Source: a virus
DNA: 64,000 nt
Virus record (IMG/VR): IMGVR_UViG_3300025864_000001
Span: 1 to 64,000 of that record
Strand: one strand, 5' to 3'
Position numbers and translations under genes: made by a program. Under the pieces are notes generated by a model. The model was not told the DNA's origin, ran no database searches, and worked only from the letters and a program-made list of their open reading frames with translations. Shown here one piece after another: positions 10,063-18,573 of the stretch (its first letter is position 1; each line of letters opens with the position of its first letter).

Positions 10063-10695
10063 TCAAAAATCTGTATGCCCATCTGGAATGTGACAAACAT
10101 AGTATTGTGGTGTTGGAATCTTTGCACACTCTTTTGGTAATAGATGTTTTACTATCATGCCCCAATCATGCCCATATCCGTCACCCCATTTTACATTAAG
10201 ACTTTTTTTATGTGCAATAGAACTCGTTCCTATGCGTCCGAGTGCAAGTAAGTTATGACGTTCATCTTTGACTGAATGATCTGCACTCCGAACAACATAG
10301 TCATTGTAATACACCCAATCGTATTTCTCCGTGTTGAAATTCTCGTCAATGATTGCAAGGTGTGATTTGCCAAACATGTCATCATGGTCCAGATAGCATA
10401 TTATCTCGCCTTTTGCCATCTCAATTCCGGTTTGACGTACCACTCCGCTAAACGATTCTTGTTTAGCTATTTTTTTAAACCGGATTCTGGGGTGTGATGA
10501 AAACTCCTCATTATAGATGCGTTCTGCTTCATCACAACCGTCTGCTATAATGATTAACTCGTTATTCGGGTGGAGTTGATGCATGACTGACATTATTGCC
10601 CTGATGAACTTCTCTTCCGGATTTGATGCACTCTGGTTATTCCCCCATGTAGTATAGCCGCCAAGATACACTGGCATGATGACTGATATTCTCAT
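10063..10695 (-). CDS. Glycosyltransferase family 2
   Basis: ISVIMPVY, ELIIIADG, R..GI..AKGEIICYLDHDD. Confidence 0.9.
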   Translation of the reverse strand: MRISVIMPVYLGGYTTWGNNQSASNPEEKFIRAIMSVMHQLHPNNELIIIADGCDEAERIYNEEFSSHPRIRFKKIAKQESFSGVVRQTGIEMAKGEIICYLDHDDMFGKSHLAIIDENFNTEKYDWVYYNDYVVRSADHSVKDERHNLLALGRIGTSSIAHKKSLNVKWGDGYGHDWGMIVKHLLPKECAKIPTPQYYVCHIPDGHTDF

Positions 10696-11327
10696 TAGTC
10701 TTTCAGGTATTGGTCAAAGTTAAGCAGATGTCCCCATACATCACTTATTCCCTCTCTTTGGTACACAAGTCTGGGATTAAAGATATAACAGGGATGCGCT
10801 GCCTGTATATCGGTTAAGATAACATCTCCATTACGAGTAATCACTTCCGGTTTAAATAGTTCAAGTATGAAGTTATATGCTCTCTCATGTATGCCTATTG
10901 CGTGTACATAGTACGCACGTGTGACCCGATTGATATTTGCCGTTACCGGAATAGGCTTATGGACATTTTGCCCTCCTAAGTACAGTAAATTCCAATCCTC
11001 TGGTACCTGCCGTATGCACCTGTCAAACAACTCCACAAAATTCTCATGGAATACCGCATCATCTTCAAAGAATAGAAAGTTTTTTAATCCAAGTTCTTTT
11101 GCCTCTTTCACGGCATTATACATGGTCTGGATTGTACCTATAACACCAACATTGAAGTTACCTGGTTCGCATGGCAGATTATATGGGTTGCCATAGACAA
11201 GTCCTTTAAATCGTTCTGCTACAATCCCAAATTTGGCTATCTCTTCTGTGAATTGAGCCAATCGGTCAGTCCTGTGATCGCAATTAGTGAAAATTGCTTT
11301 GTCGAAAAAAGTATTCACGGTAATCAT
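10695..11327 (-). CDS. Glycosyltransferase family 25 (second copy)
   Basis: N..HRTDR, FFEDD, WNLLYLGG, QREGISD. Confidence 0.85.
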   Translation of the reverse strand: MITVNTFFDKAIFTNCDHRTDRLAQFTEEIAKFGIVAERFKGLVYGNPYNLPCEPGNFNVGVIGTIQTMYNAVKEAKELGLKNFLFFEDDAVFHENFVELFDRCIRQVPEDWNLLYLGGQNVHKPIPVTANINRVTRAYYVHAIGIHERAYNFILELFKPEVITRNGDVILTDIQAAHPCYIFNPRLVYQREGISDVWGHLLNFDQYLKD

Positions 11328-11941
11328 TTTTCTTTTACCTCCTGTGCTTTCTTTGCGTAGTCCTCTGGCCTTAATGCAAGTCGTTCATCCTCAACATAAC
11401 GCAGAATTTCATCCTTCAAATAAGGGTTATTGTCTTGGTTCAGTAATTCAAGTAAACTACTTTCAAGATCATCCCTGAGTTCTTTTGCTACACCTAATTT
11501 TTTGGTGTCACCTCCAATTATTTCGAGCATGAGGTTGTAATAACTGCTCTCGATTGCCACAAGATATGAGTACTTAAAACTCCGGTGCATACGTACAAAC
11601 TGCACGATCTTTTTATTCACAATATCATTTTTCCCTCTCAATATGTCTTCAATCGGGCTTTCAAAATTACCATCCTCGAGAGTTTTAAACTCCAGGTCAT
11701 GGACAATCTCTATTTTTCTTTTTAAGACATCATGGTATTTACCCCTGTAAGGACTCTTACTGTCGTACATCAGTATCACATAGCGATTTACCTTGTCATT
11801 GTCAATACCCTCTCCTGCACTTGCCTTAAACTCTCTTATTTTGCCCAATTCTTTAAAAAACTGCAATACAGTAGTCCCTTCCGGTATCTTATCTACATTG
11901 TACCGGAGTTGCTGATATTCACGTGGGTGAAATTGATTCAT
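11324..11941 (-). CDS. Hypothetical protein, possible terminase small subunit
   Basis: Helical 205-aa protein, first non-enzyme gene upstream of the glycan cluster and TerL; positional inference only. Confidence 0.3.
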   Translation of the reverse strand: MNQFHPREYQQLRYNVDKIPEGTTVLQFFKELGKIREFKASAGEGIDNDKVNRYVILMYDSKSPYRGKYHDVLKRKIEIVHDLEFKTLEDGNFESPIEDILRGKNDIVNKKIVQFVRMHRSFKYSYLVAIESSYYNLMLEIIGGDTKKLGVAKELRDDLESSLLELLNQDNNPYLKDEILRYVEDERLALRPEDYAKKAQEVKEK

Positions 11942-13221
11942 AAGAATAGCCCTATTTCGTTATAAACTCTTTTTTCTGCGATGTCAATGTACTTCGGATT
12001 AAGTTCTATCACTGCATAGTTTCGATTTAGTTTGCGTGATACTAATCCTGTGGTATTTGCTCCTCCAAATGGATCTAATACTAATCCTCCTTCGGGACAT
12101 CCTGCTTTAATACAATCAACTATTAATTCTTCAGGAAATGTTGCAAAGTGAGCTCCTTTAAATGGTTTTGTAGGTACATCCCAAACAGATCTCTTGTTTG
12201 CTTTACCATCGCCTATAAAATTGCCATTAGAATCATAATTTCCTGAATGCCCTGTAAGTGTTTGATCTCCCGTTCCTCTGTGTTTATATCCCTTAAATCC
12301 TTTCTCTCTTCCATTTCGATGAATAGTCCCATGAGATCCTTTTGCAGTATCCCATCCGTCAGGAGTTTTATACTGTTTTATAATTCTCCCTTTGTTATTA
12401 TCAGGGGGACGCCCATCTATTTCCCATGCGCCTGGACTCCCAATAGGAGCTCGTAAATCATCTGGGTAAATTATTGGTGTTTTTATAGCCTCCGCATCAT
12501 AATAATATTTCGATGATTTGCTTAATAGAAAAAAATATTCATGCGCTTTTGTCGGTCTGTCTGTTACTGATTCCGGCATTGGATTTCTTTTATACCAGAT
12601 ATTATCCATTCTTAAATACCAACCATCAGCACGTAACGCAAAGGCAAGCATCCATGGTATTCCGATCAAATCTTTAGGTTTTAAATCACTTCTTTTAAGA
12701 TTTCGTGTTATTCCTTCACTTGCATAACCTCTTTCTGTTCGTGGTTTACCAAAATTAGTTGCTGTCTCTGATTGACCACTTGCGCCACCGCCACCAAAAT
12801 AAGAATCTCCCATATTTACCCAAAGAGTGCCATCGTCCCTGAGTGTACGTTTTGCCTCTCTGAAAATATCTACAAGATGCTTTATGAATAGTTCAGGTGA
12901 TGGTTCTGATCCAAGTTCGCCTCTCCATGCACCACACTCTGAACAAAAGTCACTCTTAGTTGGTACGTCACGTCCAATTGTTCCAATATTTGTTAGTTGT
13001 TTTGTGTTTTGACCTTTATTATCATTACTTCTCCTTTGATATGATTTATCAACCCATTCATGTTGACAATTTTCATCACCATCCCAAATAACCGGAGTAG
13101 TGCCGTATGCTCTGAGTCCGTAATACGGAGGACTTGTAACAATCGTGTTGAATATTTTACTCTCGAATGTTTTTAGAACAGACAGAGCATGACCTTCGTA
13201 TATTTTGTTTACTTCAATCAT
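11938..13221 (-). CDS. DNA N4-cytosine/N6-adenine methyltransferase (beta class)
   Basis: TSPPY, HFATFP, VLDPFGG motifs; large insertions. Confidence 0.92.
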   Translation of the reverse strand: MIEVNKIYEGHALSVLKTFESKIFNTIVTSPPYYGLRAYGTTPVIWDGDENCQHEWVDKSYQRRSNDNKGQNTKQLTNIGTIGRDVPTKSDFCSECGAWRGELGSEPSPELFIKHLVDIFREAKRTLRDDGTLWVNMGDSYFGGGGASGQSETATNFGKPRTERGYASEGITRNLKRSDLKPKDLIGIPWMLAFALRADGWYLRMDNIWYKRNPMPESVTDRPTKAHEYFFLLSKSSKYYYDAEAIKTPIIYPDDLRAPIGSPGAWEIDGRPPDNNKGRIIKQYKTPDGWDTAKGSHGTIHRNGREKGFKGYKHRGTGDQTLTGHSGNYDSNGNFIGDGKANKRSVWDVPTKPFKGAHFATFPEELIVDCIKAGCPEGGLVLDPFGGANTTGLVSRKLNRNYAVIELNPKYIDIAEKRVYNEIGLFL

Positions 13222-13913
13222 ATCTTTGCCAATAAATTGCGTCTCTGTACCCGATAATACTTCGCTCCACCATCAATCTTGGCATGTAAATCGTATTGAA
13301 GTGGGATATCATTAGTTTTTCGTATCACCACCACGTCACCGACTGCAATATCCACACCCTCATCACTTGCGTTTTCATCAACATATCTCCGGTTCGGAAC
13401 TCCCATATACTTCACCCTGCCAAAAATCACTTCATTGCTATTGCGCTTATCCCCGATCTCTACCATCTCCAATCCTATCTTTTTCATTATCTCTCTCTGG
13501 CGTGTCACCTCTGGATTTTCGCATGGTTCAATCAATACATAACCATTTATCGGAATGATGTGACCATTGCGTACAAGTGCGTAAATAAACTGGTATGGGA
13601 TAAGCACATATCGCTCACCATCCTCAATGAAATAACGACCTTCTTTTGGCTTTAAAGCGTTTACTATCGAAAGATAATAGACAATCACACCATCACCCAT
13701 CTTTGCTTCCATTGGTGTCTGCCATGGCATGCCCTTATTTGCCTCACCCGAATAATACAGATGTGATGGCAGTCCCCAAATTGTTCCGGTCACTGTTGTG
13801 TGTCGTTCTGGATCAAAGGACGTATCAATAAACAATCCCTTTACAGTATCATTCTCCGCATCGAGTTTGATCATTACCAGATTATTTAGAGTTCTTTTAG
13901 TTTCCATAGTCAT
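13218..13913 (-). CDS. Tandem GroES-like co-chaperonin
   Basis: Two Cpn10-like repeats (TLNNLVMIK..GT..GDGV and PINGYVLIEP..GRVKYMG..VGDVV..LLAKI). Confidence 0.7.
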   Translation of the reverse strand: MTMETKRTLNNLVMIKLDAENDTVKGLFIDTSFDPERHTTVTGTIWGLPSHLYYSGEANKGMPWQTPMEAKMGDGVIVYYLSIVNALKPKEGRYFIEDGERYVLIPYQFIYALVRNGHIIPINGYVLIEPCENPEVTRQREIMKKIGLEMVEIGDKRNSNEVIFGRVKYMGVPNRRYVDENASDEGVDIAVGDVVVIRKTNDIPLQYDLHAKIDGGAKYYRVQRRNLLAKI

Positions 13914-13916
13914 ATT

Positions 13917-14747
13917 TTAAACATCACACGCATCAGTACAATTACCCCATAGTGTCCCTTGATTCTCATTGAAAATTACTTCTCTCAATGGTTTTAGTGA
14001 GTCGTGCAGATATATTCTTGACTTAATCCCTTTCATACTTGAATCCCGTATAGCCTCATCGACCTGACAGGCAGTCTCAAAATCTTGAGGTTCTGTGGTT
14101 TTCAATCTAATCCAATTCTGATCTGATTGGAATGGACAAAAGGTACATGATGATTTTTCTGGGACCGGTAAATTTTTTTCTTTATACCAGTTTAAAACAT
14201 CATTTCGGGTCATTATCAAAGAATCTATTTTTTCGCATTTAGCATCTGCATAAATTTTATATCCACAGAATGGATAAACATTAATTTTCCATTTCTCCTG
14301 TGGAATCTTCATACGGTGAGCCTCATCTAAAGTTATTCCCTGATATATTTCAATCTTAGGATAACGACTACGCCCGGGCAATGCCAATATCTCTCTGATC
14401 TTTTTATTAACCATCGCTATCTTATACTCATTGGTACATTGACGACGAAGCATACCCTTTTCTCCATTATTCATCGTAAATGCAGGAATAGAAGCAAACC
14501 GATTACCTGATGAATTGGTCTGATTTAATAAGTCTTTTTTTAGATTTTTATAATCTGCCTTATAAAGCGGGATACCTTCATGCTCCTGTTCCCATTTTAA
14601 AAGCAATTCGTAATATACGAGTGTTCTTGTTTTTTCTCCTCCGGTATCTGAAAATACTGCATAGTCACATCTCTCTACCTCACCAAGAGAACTCATGTAA
14701 TATAATGCTGAACTTTGCACACCAACTCCCAAACTAATTATTTTCAT
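13917..14747 (-). CDS. PAPS-reductase-like / adenine nucleotide alpha-hydrolase family protein
   Basis: ISLGVGVQS PP-loop variant, DTGGE, RQCT..YKI, KSSCTFCPF. Confidence 0.75.
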   Translation of the reverse strand: MKIISLGVGVQSSALYYMSSLGEVERCDYAVFSDTGGEKTRTLVYYELLLKWEQEHEGIPLYKADYKNLKKDLLNQTNSSGNRFASIPAFTMNNGEKGMLRRQCTNEYKIAMVNKKIREILALPGRSRYPKIEIYQGITLDEAHRMKIPQEKWKINVYPFCGYKIYADAKCEKIDSLIMTRNDVLNWYKEKNLPVPEKSSCTFCPFQSDQNWIRLKTTEPQDFETACQVDEAIRDSSMKGIKSRIYLHDSLKPLREVIFNENQGTLWGNCTDACDV

Positions 14748-15100
14748 TTTGCCTCCTTTGCCTTATCTGCACGTCTCTGATAGTCTAAATTATTAACGCA
14801 TATCAACTGTCCCTCTACCTCAACAAACTTCACCAATCCCTCTCTTTCAAATTTAGCAAATTTTAGCATGGTGATGCGTTTGTCTTTTCTGGATGATAGT
14901 TTCCATGCAGGATACTCTATTGCACGAGTGAGATTTATTCTCTGCTTGTGGTAGGTGATCACAATGTAGTCTTTCGCAACATCGGTAGCCATAGTGCGTA
15001 ATGGTAGTGTTTTTGGTGGCTTTGCTGTGGGTTTCGTCCATATCCAGAGTTTAATCCACTTTAAGAAATTTTTTATTGCCTGTATTATCTGCTTTTTCAT
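14744..15100 (-). CDS. Hypothetical protein
   Basis: ORF overlapping the next gene by ATGA; own TAATTTTG box at 15106-15113. Confidence 0.6.
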   Translation of the reverse strand: MKKQIIQAIKNFLKWIKLWIWTKPTAKPPKTLPLRTMATDVAKDYIVITYHKQRINLTRAIEYPAWKLSSRKDKRITMLKFAKFEREGLVKFVEVEGQLICVNNLDYQRRADKAKEAK

Positions 15101-15110
15101 TGTGTCAAAA

Positions 15111-15536
15111 TTAAGAAATTTTCTTTAATACCTCAAAATCTATAATATCCATAATGCCTTTATTCTCAGGATGTGGATCATGTACTAATCCATTTTTCCA
15201 AACTACATAATGATTTATTATATCAACTCCACATGGACTTGACTCATTTCTACCTATAAATCTAGGACTCTTACCAAGTGCCAACACATAACCATTAGTA
15301 TCAGGAGAAGATAACATCCCTTCAGTAATACACCTAACTGGATATTGAATGTTTTCCCATCCCATTTCTGCCAGTTTGTTATCCATTTTAAGACAATATT
15401 CGCTCCATGATTCTCTAATAATGGGTATCGGCAAGTCTTCAATATCACACTCAATTACCGAAGCAATAGCAGCCCTCCAACAATCACCGTTTTGTTTCCC
15501 CGGTATATGAAAATATTTTTGATAAACTTTTTTCAT
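15111..15536 (-). CDS. Papain/C39-like fold hypothetical protein
   Basis: Q..GDCWRAAIAS ... HYVV ... HDPHP (Cys-His-Asp). Confidence 0.5.
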   Translation of the reverse strand: MKKVYQKYFHIPGKQNGDCWRAAIASVIECDIEDLPIPIIRESWSEYCLKMDNKLAEMGWENIQYPVRCITEGMLSSPDTNGYVLALGKSPRFIGRNESSPCGVDIINHYVVWKNGLVHDPHPENKGIMDIIDFEVLKKIS

Positions 15537-15559
15537 GCTATAAATGGATTAGAGAGGAG

Positions 15560-15641
15560 ATGCCAAACCCTCCTAAGTACTCGACAAAGGAGGGCATGCT
15601 ATGAAAAAAGAAAAGCAGAATTGTGCAATCGGCATTTGCAC
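15560..15641 (-). ncRNA. Candidate small RNA / structured leader with anti-AUGAAAAAAG seed
   Basis: TATCTTTG box at 15646-15653, 5' hairpin GTGCAA/TTGCAC, single-stranded TCTTTTTTCATAGC, 3' hairpin CCCTCCT/AGGAGGG. Confidence 0.5.
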
Positions 15642-15680
15642 CCGCCAAAGATAGTCTATTTTTATTTTCTGCTTTCATTT

Positions 15681-15929
15681 TTAATATTTTGGTGTATATC
15701 CGGTAATTGATAATTCAATGGTTCTGAGTTGAGGCAGGCTACATTTTAAAAACAATATACTATCGGGAGTGTTAATTGCAAATTCCCCAACATTTCTTTC
15801 ATTTGTTACAATAAGAGATATTTCATCCCCATCGGCTTCCATTATTTTTTTAGCAAAAGGAATAACGGGTTCATCTGTTTCAATAAATCCATATTCCAAT
15901 AATTCTTTTGATGTAATTGATTTGTCCAT
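15681..15929 (-). CDS. Hypothetical protein
   Basis: ORF in operon direction with A-rich leader. Confidence 0.6.
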   Translation of the reverse strand: MDKSITSKELLEYGFIETDEPVIPFAKKIMEADGDEISLIVTNERNVGEFAINTPDSILFLKCSLPQLRTIELSITGYTPKY

Positions 15930-15952
15930 TGTTTTTTAAGTTAGGTTGGTTA

Positions 15953-16249
15953 TTATTCTTTGCTTTCAAATTCGCCGGCTAACATCCGTTTATTCCAATC
16001 ATCTTGGCTTACCTGAACTTCCTTTTCTTTTTTTTCTCTTATCCTTTTTTCTTCGGCAAGAATTTTTGGGTCAATAGGCTTTTCGGGTGGCACTATTCGT
16101 TCTAATTCAGATATGAAGGTGCGATAACAACCTCGCTTAATTGTCAACCGGGATATTTTAGAAACATCATGTGCCTCGTCAATGGTAATTTTCAATTCTT
16201 CATTAACTGTTTTAAGTCTTCTTTTGTAATCTTCTAATAATTGTCTCAT
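15953..16249 (-). CDS. Hypothetical protein
   Basis: ORF in operon direction. Confidence 0.6.
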   Translation of the reverse strand: MRQLLEDYKRRLKTVNEELKITIDEAHDVSKISRLTIKRGCYRTFISELERIVPPEKPIDPKILAEEKRIREKKEKEVQVSQDDWNKRMLAGEFESKE

Positions 16250-16305
16250 GGTTTTTGTTTTTACCTATTTTCTTAATTTAAAAAATAAAAAATCATCTTC
16301 TTTTG

Positions 16306-16365
16306 CTACTTTACTTTTCTCTACTCTCCTATACTCTACTTTACTATACTCTACTCTACTCTACT
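16306..16365. repeat. Pentamer tandem repeat (AGTAG-type on minus strand, about 12 units)
   Basis: ctact/ttact/atact/ctcct units. Confidence 0.9.
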
Positions 16366-16827
16366 ATGTGTATTTTCTCCGTCAGAAATGCCATTTATTC
16401 CGTCAGAAATGCCATTTATTCCGTATTTCTTCCGGCAATTGACGGAAAGTAGTTGACATATTTGATTAAAATTCATACATTTTCTATCTCGACGACGGTA
16501 AACGTCCGTCAATCCTTTAACAAAATTTAATGACCAAATGATTCTATTTTCCCATAATTCGGGATGAATTGCATCAAGGGTTGCGCATGTATTATATATG
16601 GCAATTAATTCCTCATCCGTTACCTTCATTAAGGCCGTGAGATATTCCATGTCTTCCGGTTTTCTACAATCGAAATAATGATTATCTGTTCGTCCTAATA
16701 GTTCAAGGGTTTTAAACCAGACTGTATATCCTTTATGACCATATTTGCTTTCCAAAATGAACATGGTTTTACCAGATTCACATTGGTGTGAAAAAAAATT
16801 CACTACGTTTTTGTCTTTTCGTCCCAT
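16351..16827 (-). CDS. DUF4373 (Lin1244/Lin1753-like) replication initiator-type protein
   Basis: FFSH....K...LESKYG..GY..WF..LE.L N-terminal signature, internal iterons and S(K/R)V repeat tail; start MGRKDK at 16827. Confidence 0.75.
   Translation of the reverse strand: MGRKDKNVVNFFSHQCESGKTMFILESKYGHKGYTVWFKTLELLGRTDNHYFDCRKPEDMEYLTALMKVTDEELIAIYNTCATLDAIHPELWENRIIWSLNFVKGLTDVYRRRDRKCMNFNQICQLLSVNCRKKYGINGISDGINGISDGENTHSRVE
16378..16447. repeat. 21-bp direct repeats plus imperfect palindrome (candidate iterons/origin)
   Basis: TCCGTCAGAAATGCCATTTAT x2, then TCCGT, then TTCCGGCAATTGACGGAA. Confidence 0.7.
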
Positions 16828-16830
16828 TAT

Positions 16831-16985
16831 GCCACGCTTTAAGTAAAAAAAGCCCCCGGACAAAAGAAAACCATAATTAGGAAGCGTGACCGACCCATTA
16901 TGGTATCTGATGCCCGGAGGCAATATTTTAATGAAATAACTTTATTGGTTTTCATACGTCACGCTTTAAATACCCTACAAATATA
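16831..16985 (-). ncRNA. P4 CI / P1 C4-like structured antisense leader RNA upstream of the initiator
   Basis: TATATTTG box; AAAGCGTGAC upstream and AAAGCGTGGC downstream of a long hairpin whose loop carries GTCACGCTT; hairpin followed by T7. Confidence 0.65.
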
Positions 16986-17033
16986 TGTTAATTTTTAATA
17001 TAAAAATAAAAGAAGCAGTCTTTTGGTTAATAA

Positions 17034-17375
17034 TTAACAAATGATTTTATCAATCGTCTGCCCGTCTTGCATGATGTAAATCATAGCGTGTTGGGCAAAC
17101 AAAAATCGACCTTCGTTTTCTTCATCAATAAAATTAATGCGAACGAATTGTGTTTTGTCACCGGCAAGACAGTCACCTACTGGTTCGCCACTTTTAAAAG
17201 ACTCATCGTCTGGCGGAAACATCATAAGCAATTCTATTTCCCTTCCCGGTGCTTTGTATTCCTTAACAAAATCCTGCGTACAGGTATAACCACGCCATTC
17301 ATACTGCAACCATTTCGCAGCGTAAATGCTGGTTTTCTCGTTTCGATCTCCTTGAATAATTTTAATTGTCATCAT
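17034..17375 (-). CDS. Hypothetical protein
   Basis: C-terminal IYIM..GQTIDKI pattern common in phage hypotheticals. Confidence 0.65.
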   Translation of the reverse strand: MMTIKIIQGDRNEKTSIYAAKWLQYEWRGYTCTQDFVKEYKAPGREIELLMMFPPDDESFKSGEPVGDCLAGDKTQFVRINFIDEENEGRFLFAQHAMIYIMQDGQTIDKIIC

Positions 17376-17432
17376 AATTTTTACCTCCTATTTCTAATTT
17401 TTACTTCTAATTCTGACTGCTTCTATTATTTC

Positions 17433-17705
17433 TTAAAGCTTACTTGACCAAAGAACCCATCCATATAACCATAGCATCTCGGCCAATACACAAACCCACA
17501 TTAATATATTTTTGTGTCTGCGAAGCATAGGCAATATAATCGAACTTGGTTTATGGTTACTCATTATAAAGATTATATCCATAGAATCAATGCCTCCTGT
17601 TTTGGATGATATCCATTCTTTATGTTGCTCCAAATCAATCATTGTTAATTGTAATCTATTCCGATTTGGATCATCATCTGGGATAAAGGGAATATTTGTT
17701 TCCAT
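17433..17705 (-). CDS. Hypothetical protein
   Basis: ATG right after the DUF6734 stop; C-terminus uncertain. Confidence 0.4.
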   Translation of the reverse strand: METNIPFIPDDDPNRNRLQLTMIDLEQHKEWISSKTGGIDSMDIIFIMSNHKPSSIILPMLRRHKNILMWVCVLAEMLWLYGWVLWSSKL

Positions 17706-17706
17706 A

Positions 17707-18573
17707 TCAGAGGTTATTTTTCTTACAAAAATCATTTATCCGGTAGAACATCTCGGGGGCATCATCAAGAAGGCGCATCCTCACACGTGCCATATTACCC
17801 CTGTCTGTCTTAGTTGTACCCCAATAATGGGTATATTTATGACGGGCATCTTGTCCGGCTTTTACAGCATCCTTATTGATGACCTTCACCTCTGGTCTTA
17901 ACCCGTGTGCTTTTATCAGCGATGCAGCAAAATACTGCTCATGGAATAGATTCTGGTGTATTACGATATCGCCATACTTCTTGAAAAACAAGTTTTGGTT
18001 CTCCGGTGCAAAGATATACTCCGCACTACATTTTATCCACTCTTTAAAGAACTCCATGTCGTGGCCACCACATATGCCACAGTTATAGGCGAAGTCTGTA
18101 ACTTTATTATCTTTAATTATCTGAGGCTTAACAGGTGCTTTGTCAAAACACGGTCTTAACAAATCATAGTAATGGTATCCCTTTAAGTGCATTGGCTCAT
18201 GCGACTGAAAACACAAACGTGCATTTAATATCCGTGGTGGTAATGGGTCAAAGAGAAACACATCATTATCGAGATGTACAAACGGCACGGTCTGTTCGTT
18301 GTACGCGAGTAACTTACCGTATGCCCAGAAGTATTTGGACACGGATTTCATCTCATTGAGCTTATCGGAATAGCTTGTTATTGGCAATCCGAGAGGTTTT
18401 ATAACATCGAGACCCCATTGAGATGAAATAAACTGCACCTCCTTAAAATGACGGGAGGCGCAGAGTACTGAGAGTGCTGTAGTGAATAGAAAATCACTAT
18501 ACTTCACGAATCCACATCTATTGCCGAAGGATTCATCTGGATTGAAGTATGAGAATACTGCTTTTTTTATCAT
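17707..18573 (-). CDS. DUF6734-like putative glycosyltransferase (GT-A-like)
   Basis: WAYGKL.AY..Q..PFVHLDNDVFL (DxD), NCGICGG, EQY, YTHYWG. Confidence 0.7.
   Translation of the reverse strand: MIKKAVFSYFNPDESFGNRCGFVKYSDFLFTTALSVLCASRHFKEVQFISSQWGLDVIKPLGLPITSYSDKLNEMKSVSKYFWAYGKLLAYNEQTVPFVHLDNDVFLFDPLPPRILNARLCFQSHEPMHLKGYHYYDLLRPCFDKAPVKPQIIKDNKVTDFAYNCGICGGHDMEFFKEWIKCSAEYIFAPENQNLFFKKYGDIVIHQNLFHEQYFAASLIKAHGLRPEVKVINKDAVKAGQDARHKYTHYWGTTKTDRGNMARVRMRLLDDAPEMFYRINDFCKKNNL

Noticed and set aside
16273-16353. TAG-to-Gln recoding as in some crAss-like phages, suggested by periodic in-frame TAGs after the initiator
   Set aside because: Long genes are uninterrupted in the standard code, coding density is high, and TAG ends ordinary genes (e.g. 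627). The TAGs come from the pentamer repeat.
16306-16424. CRISPR array
   Set aside because: Repeats are tandem with no spacers; no cas genes.
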